DNA of 64,000 nucleotides from Flavobacteriales bacterium (GTDB lineage Bacteria; Bacteroidota; Bacteroidia; Flavobacteriales_D; Crocinitomicaceae): NCBI GenBank assembly GCA_947497485.1, contig CANMHB010000012.1, positions 25,917 to 89,916 of the forward strand, read 5' to 3'. Shown piece by piece: positions 58,631 to 64,000 of this stretch (position 1 is its first letter; each line of letters starts with the position of its first letter). The notes under the pieces were generated by a model. It saw only the letters and a program-made list of their open reading frames with translations, ran no database searches and was not told where the DNA came from. The position numbers and the translations under genes were made by a program.

Positions 58631-59595
58631 ATCTAGGTAAATTATTTTTTGGAGTTAGAAATGAAATACTGATTAATGTTTCTTCAGAAGAGGCAAATAG
58701 ACAAGTATTTATTTTTAACATTCTGGGTTATATGCTCCTTTTATTGAGTTTATCTTGTGTAGGAGCTGGAATCATTTATGGGTTAATAATTTTTAATAAT
58801 TGGGGTATAGCAATTTTTACAGGTGTATTTTTAGGTTTCATCTGTTTTACACTTTTACAGCTTTTGCTGTTTCTTTCCATGCAAACACAATACAGAAAAA
58901 TAAAGGATCAACTTTCAAATATGGAGACCTTGTGCGATAAGTACAAGGGAGTTGATTTCAAAGGTTTGTCAGACGAAGAAGCGGTTGAAATGGTTACGAA
59001 TATGAAAATGACTTTGAGCAAAGATTCTGTAAAATCAGAACCATCGCCCTTTCATTTTTCACAAATAATTGTTTCGGCAATGATAATTTCTTTGGTATTA
59101 TTAATCTCATTTATTGTTGCGAATGGGTATGAAGTATTGATGTTTCGAAGCTCAATTAATAATTCTTTTTATGAAATAAAAAATTCAGAGCAAATACAGA
59201 ATTTGGCTAAGGATTATAAAATCTCAAAAAACACGACAAACCTGGAACAAAAACTCGATGCTGTTTGGACATTATCGATGTTAAAGGAACAAAGAGGAAA
59301 TGAGTTCAAAGTGGTTAATTGTTACTCACTATTGATGACAATTGAAATAATGAGCATTGGTCTCGGCAAGACTAAAATAATTATTGATTTACTTTTTGCA
59401 ATGATTTTTTTAATTCCTTATTTGTTGGTCAAGAAAAGTGAGGAATTTTGTTCTGGGGCATTTTTGAAGGAATCCGCTATTGATGGAATAGGAACTTCAT
59501 TTTTAATGTTTTTACTTTCATCAAGAAAAATACAACAAATTGAACACAAGATTAAAACTGAATTCGATTATAAAAAAGCATTGGGAATTAAATGA
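58627..59595 (+). CDS. Operon gene F: multi-pass membrane protein with a central soluble region (DUF4407-like topology, homology unproven)
   Basis: Lies in ORF 58603..59595. The ATG at 58627 forms an ATGA overlap with the gene E stop. It has an N-terminal TM hairpin, a polar or coiled middle section and more C-terminal TM helices. Confidence 0.55.
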   Translation: MNLGKLFFGVRNEILINVSSEEANRQVFIFNILGYMLLLLSLSCVGAGIIYGLIIFNNWGIAIFTGVFLGFICFTLLQLLLFLSMQTQYRKIKDQLSNMETLCDKYKGVDFKGLSDEEAVEMVTNMKMTLSKDSVKSEPSPFHFSQIIVSAMIISLVLLISFIVANGYEVLMFRSSINNSFYEIKNSEQIQNLAKDYKISKNTTNLEQKLDAVWTLSMLKEQRGNEFKVVNCYSLLMTIEIMSIGLGKTKIIIDLLFAMIFLIPYLLVKKSEEFCSGAFLKESAIDGIGTSFLMFLLSSRKIQQIEHKIKTEFDYKKALGIK

Positions 59596-60482
59596 GAAAC
59601 CAAAAGAATTTTTTCAAATTTGGCAATCTAGCCTTTTGGGTTATTCTTGTAATAATTGCTTTGAATTTATTTCCATTTCTCAACGACAAACTTTACAGAC
59701 AAGAACATTTATCCGAGTGGTATAATAATTTTGATACTACACAAATCAATATAGAAGAAGAGGATGAATTGAAAAAAGACGAAACCGATACGACCGAAGA
59801 AAAACAAAACGATAACAAACAAATGACGACTTTCAAGTGGAAATGGAATGATTATGCCGGAAGAAATTGTTCTGTTAGTTTTAAACTTGAAAATGAAGAG
59901 TTTGAAAAATCGAAACGATACAGAGAAACTTATTCATCGTTTTTTTCTGAAGGAAGTCTTTACTCCGATTTTGTTAAACAATGTGATAAACCTATTTCAA
60001 TAATCAGTAAAGCGTTAAAATTGGAAATGGATAAAAGGAATTTAAGGGGAATTGACAGATTAAATTTTGTTGTATCTGCGATTCAAACTCCTCCATATAC
60101 CTATGTTGAAATGAGAAATTGTAAACAAGGAGGCGATTGCAAACCAAACGGTTGTTGCCCCTATGTAAAGCCATTTGCGGTATACACTCCAACTGAATAT
60201 GTCTTTCAAGAAACGGGGGACTGTGATACGAAATCACTTATCGCTTTTGCTCTTCTTAAAAAATTAAATTACAATGTGGCTGTTATGGTTGGAGATACGC
60301 ATGCTGGACCGCATGCTATGCTCGGTGTCGCTGGTTTTTCTGCTGAAATTCCAAGTTCTAGTGTTCGACACAATGGGACAATTTATCAACCTTGGGAGAC
60401 AACAAATTTTGCAAATGAGTTTCAGCTGGGAAATATGAGGATGTGGAGAAGTTGGAGGAATTGGAAAGTAGTATTAAATTAA
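59592..60482 (+). CDS. Operon gene H: TM-anchored protein with a transglutaminase/papain-like Cys-His-Glu signature, paralog of gene A
   Basis: 296-aa ORF with an ATGA overlap to gene F. TM helix LAFWVILVIIALNLF and an acidic linker. Motifs RLNFVVSAIQTPPYTY, GDCDTKSLIAFALL (Cys211), PHAMLGVAG (His241) and PWETT (Glu269). Confidence 0.6.
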   Translation: MRNQKNFFKFGNLAFWVILVIIALNLFPFLNDKLYRQEHLSEWYNNFDTTQINIEEEDELKKDETDTTEEKQNDNKQMTTFKWKWNDYAGRNCSVSFKLENEEFEKSKRYRETYSSFFSEGSLYSDFVKQCDKPISIISKALKLEMDKRNLRGIDRLNFVVSAIQTPPYTYVEMRNCKQGGDCKPNGCCPYVKPFAVYTPTEYVFQETGDCDTKSLIAFALLKKLNYNVAVMVGDTHAGPHAMLGVAGFSAEIPSSSVRHNGTIYQPWETTNFANEFQLGNMRMWRSWRNWKVVLN

Positions 60483-60494
60483 AATTGAAAAATT

Positions 60495-60965
60495 ATGGAA
60501 TCTTTAAATGTTATCATTGCGGCACTTGTAACAGTTTTATATCTGATCGTTGCCATAAAATTATTATTGGCCTTCTTTCATAAAATTACTCAACCCTTGA
60601 ATACGGCTTCTGGAATTCTTCTAACCGGCGTGTTAATCGGATTTGGAATTAACCTTAATGATTTTTCGGAAATCGCGGTTTCATCTTTTTTCTATTATGC
60701 TAAATCGAATAATTTGCTAATTGGAATTGGCTTTTGGTTCCTATTTGCATTATTGGCATTTATTTTTTCTTACGTACTTTTTAGATTTAGTTTCCAAATG
60801 ATAAATTGGGCTACACCAGAAAATGAAAAGGCTGAACTTGGAAAGAATAATGTTATTCTTGGAATAATACATGGTATTTCATTTATCATTCTCTGTTTTG
60901 TTCTTAGTGATTCTATTACCATTTTAGCGAATACGTTGATAAGTTATCCTACTTTCCCAAATTAG
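60495..60965 (+). CDS. Operon gene G: small four-TM membrane protein
   Basis: 156-aa ORF starting 12 nt after gene H, with four hydrophobic helices. No recognised motif. Confidence 0.55.
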   Translation: MESLNVIIAALVTVLYLIVAIKLLLAFFHKITQPLNTASGILLTGVLIGFGINLNDFSEIAVSSFFYYAKSNNLLIGIGFWFLFALLAFIFSYVLFRFSFQMINWATPENEKAELGKNNVILGIIHGISFIILCFVLSDSITILANTLISYPTFPN

Positions 60966-60976
60966 TACCACAAGCG

Positions 60977-61008
60977 CGACTTTAAACTTTCATACTTAAT
61001 TTAAGTCG
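60977..61008 (+). terminator. Weak candidate terminator hairpin after the eight-gene operon
   Basis: cgacttt-aaa ... ttt-aagtcg imperfect stem followed by a T-rich but interrupted tract (tgagatttatttta). Confidence 0.25.
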
Positions 61009-61065
61009 TGAGATTTATTTTATATCTGCATTTCATTAAGCTTAAGTCCGTTCAATTATAATTCC

Positions 61066-61073
61066 TACCTTTG
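61066..61073 (+). promoter_or_regulatory. Putative -7 promoter box (TACCTTTG) for the RND/MMPL gene
   Basis: TAnnTTTG match 17 nt upstream of the ATG at 61090. Confidence 0.4.
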
Positions 61074-61089
61074 ATTTCGGATTTTTTCT

Positions 61090-63723
61090 ATGTGGAATAC
61101 ACTAGCTAGTTTGATATTAAGAAATAGACTTACTATTTCGTTTATAATCATTGTATTAACGATCTTTTTTGGGTATTTTGCAGTAACGCAATTAAAGGTT
61201 GATAATCGTTATGGAAACACACTTCCGAAAGACAGCCCAGTTCAAATTGACTATCTAAAATTCAAGGAACAATTTGGGGAGGATGGCTCAACTTTAGTTA
61301 TTGCAGTTAAATCGGATAATCTTCATACGGAGCGTAATTTTAAAAAATGGCTCGAACTAACAAAAAAGATAAGAAAATTCAAGGGTGTAGAGAATGTGAT
61401 TTCTGAAGCAACTTTATTTTCAATAATTAATAAAGTTGATACTACAAATGACGAAAATAGCAAGTTTGTCATTCAGGAAATTTTTAACGATACAACGTAT
61501 CAAAGCAAATCAATTGATTCGATTAAAAAGGAGATTCGTTTGAATCCTATTTATCGGGATATGCTCTACAACGATGACAAAAAAGTTTCGTTGATGCTCA
61601 TTGGAATGGATGAAAAATGCCTTGCCGATAAAAAAAGAAACAAGGTTGTTTTTGAAATTGAAGAATTAGCTCAAAGTTATTCCAACTATTTTGGCAAGCC
61701 CTATTTTGCTGGTCTGCCGCATATGCGTGTGGTAATTGGAAAACGGATTGTCAATGAAATGTATATCTTCCTTGGGCTGTCTGTTTTAGCTTCTTCCATC
61801 TTACTTTATCTTTTTTTCAGGTCGCTGCGTGTAGTAATGCAATGTAACCTCGTGGTTTTTGTCTCTGTCATTTGGGCGCTTGGAACCATTGCTTTGTTTG
61901 GGTTTCAATTGTCAATTATGATGGCCTTAATCCCGCCGCTACTTATTGTAATTGGGGTGCCGAATTGTGTCTTTCTTATTACCCGCTATCACCAAGAATA
62001 CGTTCGTTTTAATAATAAAACACGGGCGCTTTTTACGATGATTCGACGTATTGGTTCAGTAACTTTTTTAACGAATTTAACCACTGCAGTTGGATTTTGC
62101 ACCTTCACGAGCTCAGAAAAATTGGCGCAATTTGGAATCATTTCGAGTCTGAATATCATGGTTGTTTTTGTGATTTCAATTTGCATCATACCGATTTTAG
62201 CCTATTACTCCAAGCCCCCAAAACCGCGTCATCTCAAACATTTATACCGTGTTTATTCACAAGGATTTATTGATTACATTGTCATCATTATAACGAAATA
62301 CCGCAAATGGGTTTATGTTGCCTCCATTGCTTTACTTGTAATAAGTATTTATGGAATGACTAAAATTATCGCTACGGGAAATGTTACGAGCGATTTACCT
62401 AAAAAAGATCCAATTCTCCTTGACTTGAAATTCATTGAAAAGAATTTTGGTGGATCGATTCCATTTGAAGTAACGGTAAACTACAAACAGAAAGGACGAT
62501 TATTCTCAAACGAGACGCTCGAAAAAGTGGAACAGATTCAACAAGTTTTTGCGAGCGACACAATGTTTTCAAAAAGTTTGTCTCTTGTTGATTTCATGAA
62601 AGTCATAAATATGGCTTACTACAAAAACAATCCTGAGCAATACAAATTGATTTCCAGTAAAGACAAATTGCGATTAAAAAAGTATGTCGATAAATTTGAT
62701 TCTGAGAAATTAAATGGCGGAAGCGTTTCGCTAAAAAATTTGGTAGATACCACTCATAATACGTTGCGCATTCGCATGCAAATGAAAGATATCGGCTCTT
62801 ACAAAGTTGCTTACAAAGTTGACTCTCTGCGCAAAGAAGTAGATAAAATTCTAAATCCTGACAAAGAGAATATGGAACGCCTTTATTCCAAAATTGAGAA
62901 AGGTGACAAAAAAGCAATCGATTCAATCATATTCGATTATCCTGCAATTTTTAATGAACTAGTTTCAATTATAACTAAAGGAAATTCAGACTTGGAATAT
63001 GCATTTAATATGGATCCTGAAAAAATAAAGCAATATACATCCAAACCGAATTTCAAAAATTTATTGAGAAAAGCCATTGACTACGAATACTATGATTTCA
63101 CGTTTACAGGAACTTCTGTGGTCGCTGCGGAGGGTACAAGATATCTTTTTATCAATTTGGTGCAAAGCTTGGTTTTTGCGATAATTTCAATTGCTTTGCT
63201 AATGGCATTTTTGTTCAGATCCTTTACTATCATTCTTATTTCAATGATTCCAAACATAATTCCTTTGCTCTTTACAGCTGGAATAATGGGATATTTCCAA
63301 ATACCATTAAAGCCATCAACACTTTTGGTTTTCGGAATAGCCTTAGGAATTACCGTTGATAATGCCATCTTGTTTCTTGCAAAATATCGGCAGGAACTTA
63401 AACAACATTCCTGGGATATTAAATTTGCTATTTTACATTCACTTCGAGAGACAGGTCTTGGGATTTTTTACACATCCGTGATACTTTTCTTCGGTTTTAT
63501 CATGTTTGTTTTTTCTCAATTTGGTGGAACCAAAGGTCTTGGATTACTCGTTTCGATAACAATTCTTGTTGGAATGGCTACCAATTTGATTATTCTACCT
63601 TCTTTGTTGTTAAGTCTTGAACGTCGGGTTATTACAAAATCGTTCCAAGAGCCTTTCTTTGATATTTATGACGAAGAGGCGGATTATGATTTTGATAAAT
63701 TGGAAATCGATACCAAGTTATAG
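61090..63723 (+). CDS. RND superfamily / MMPL-type (sterol-sensing-domain) exporter
   Basis: 877-aa ORF with two blocks of about 6 TM helices, each preceded by a large soluble loop. This duplicated 1+5 TM architecture is typical of MMPL/HpnN-like transporters. Confidence 0.8.
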   Translation: MWNTLASLILRNRLTISFIIIVLTIFFGYFAVTQLKVDNRYGNTLPKDSPVQIDYLKFKEQFGEDGSTLVIAVKSDNLHTERNFKKWLELTKKIRKFKGVENVISEATLFSIINKVDTTNDENSKFVIQEIFNDTTYQSKSIDSIKKEIRLNPIYRDMLYNDDKKVSLMLIGMDEKCLADKKRNKVVFEIEELAQSYSNYFGKPYFAGLPHMRVVIGKRIVNEMYIFLGLSVLASSILLYLFFRSLRVVMQCNLVVFVSVIWALGTIALFGFQLSIMMALIPPLLIVIGVPNCVFLITRYHQEYVRFNNKTRALFTMIRRIGSVTFLTNLTTAVGFCTFTSSEKLAQFGIISSLNIMVVFVISICIIPILAYYSKPPKPRHLKHLYRVYSQGFIDYIVIIITKYRKWVYVASIALLVISIYGMTKIIATGNVTSDLPKKDPILLDLKFIEKNFGGSIPFEVTVNYKQKGRLFSNETLEKVEQIQQVFASDTMFSKSLSLVDFMKVINMAYYKNNPEQYKLISSKDKLRLKKYVDKFDSEKLNGGSVSLKNLVDTTHNTLRIRMQMKDIGSYKVAYKVDSLRKEVDKILNPDKENMERLYSKIEKGDKKAIDSIIFDYPAIFNELVSIITKGNSDLEYAFNMDPEKIKQYTSKPNFKNLLRKAIDYEYYDFTFTGTSVVAAEGTRYLFINLVQSLVFAIISIALLMAFLFRSFTIILISMIPNIIPLLFTAGIMGYFQIPLKPSTLLVFGIALGITVDNAILFLAKYRQELKQHSWDIKFAILHSLRETGLGIFYTSVILFFGFIMFVFSQFGGTKGLGLLVSITILVGMATNLIILPSLLLSLERRVITKSFQEPFFDIYDEEADYDFDKLEIDTKL

Positions 63724-63784
63724 ATTAATCGAGATTTCATTATCTTTATTCAATAGGATTCAAAAATAAGGTTATCAATCTGTA

Positions 63785-64000
63785 ATGAAAGAAACAAGAT
63801 TTATTCATGATAATAAAACAAAATGGGAGCGTTTTGAAAAACTGAATGAATCAAGTGAAGCAAATCCAGAAGAATTAGCAGATTTATACCTCGATATTAC
63901 AGATGATTTAGGTTATGCTCAAACCCATTATTACAGGCGAACAGTTCGTGTTTATTTAAATCAATTAGGACAAAAGGTTTTTATTGGCGTCAACAAGTTT
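63785..64000 (+). CDS. Partial CDS (5' end), SpoIIM-like / DUF95 membrane protein N-terminus
   Basis: My manual translation gives MKETRFIHDNKTKWERFEKLNESSEANPEELADLYLDITDDLGYAQTHYYRRTVRVYLNQLGQKVF..., open to the window edge. The pattern resembles the N-terminus of Bacteroidota proteins annotated as stage II sporulation protein M. Not in the ORF track because it is truncated. Confidence 0.55.
   Translation, partial: MKETRFIHDNKTKWERFEKLNESSEANPEELADLYLDITDDLGYAQTHYYRRTVRVYLNQLGQKVFIGVNKF

Noticed and set aside
53939-62926. Antisense or out-of-frame ORFs inside the candidate operon and the RND gene: 53939..54160, 54831..55019, 55376..55648, 55850..56182, 56900..57181, 57564..57797, 58310..58597, 59540..59725, 60004..60237, 61989..62189 and 62603..62926. 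ORF 63090..63368, just beyond this range, belongs to the same group.
   Set aside because: The + strand reading frames form an uninterrupted, overlap-coupled series with coherent TM and domain architecture. The nested ORFs lack any such features.
1-64000. Searched for tRNA, rRNA, CRISPR arrays, integrases, transposases, IS inverted repeats and prophage genes, which would mark a mobile or defence island.
   Set aside because: None were recognised by eye in any intergenic region or ORF. There is therefore no direct evidence that the candidate operon sits on a classical mobile element. A computational scan with tRNAscan-SE, Infernal and ISfinder would be needed to be certain.

Overview
AT-rich chromosomal segment that looks like Bacteroidota (Flavobacteriia-like). 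Support for that placement: two very large proteins carry T9SS C-terminal sorting domains, SprB-type repeats are present, the TonB-dependent receptors have CarboxypepD_reg-like N-termini, and several genes have TAnnTTTG -7 promoter boxes. Most of the window is densely packed housekeeping. It includes pgk and gap, pepN, a long minus-strand operon (two TonB-dependent receptors, kdsB, a SPOR protein, pepC, a lipoprotein), dprA, and a SAM-I riboswitch in front of a split cobalamin-dependent methionine synthase. It also includes rnhA, ruvC, msrC, an ALDH7-type dehydrogenase, a pnuC/nadR-like/AMP-nucleosidase NAD-salvage cluster, ygiQ, icd and an RND/MMPL exporter. I saw no rRNA, tRNA, CRISPR array, integrase or transposase. 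The most unusual locus is an eight-gene, same-strand, translationally coupled operon at 53510..60965. All eight products are membrane-anchored and uncharacterised. They comprise one clear DUF4407 protein, two paralogous proteins with a transglutaminase/papain-like Cys-His-Glu signature, two paralogous single-pass proteins (one ending in a divergent OmpA/MotB-like domain), and three other membrane proteins. The recognisable paralogs lie in mirror order. I could not match this gene set to any described system and flag it as the candidate novel system; its function (envelope-embedded conflict/defence or envelope remodelling) is inference only. Secondary observations: a four-helix-bundle (Avd / 23S-IVS-protein family) gene sits exactly at the domain split of metH; a secreted six-fold VDYESRA repeat protein lies just upstream of pnuC; there is a decayed ORF6N gene remnant; and there is a stand-alone baeRF-like protein.
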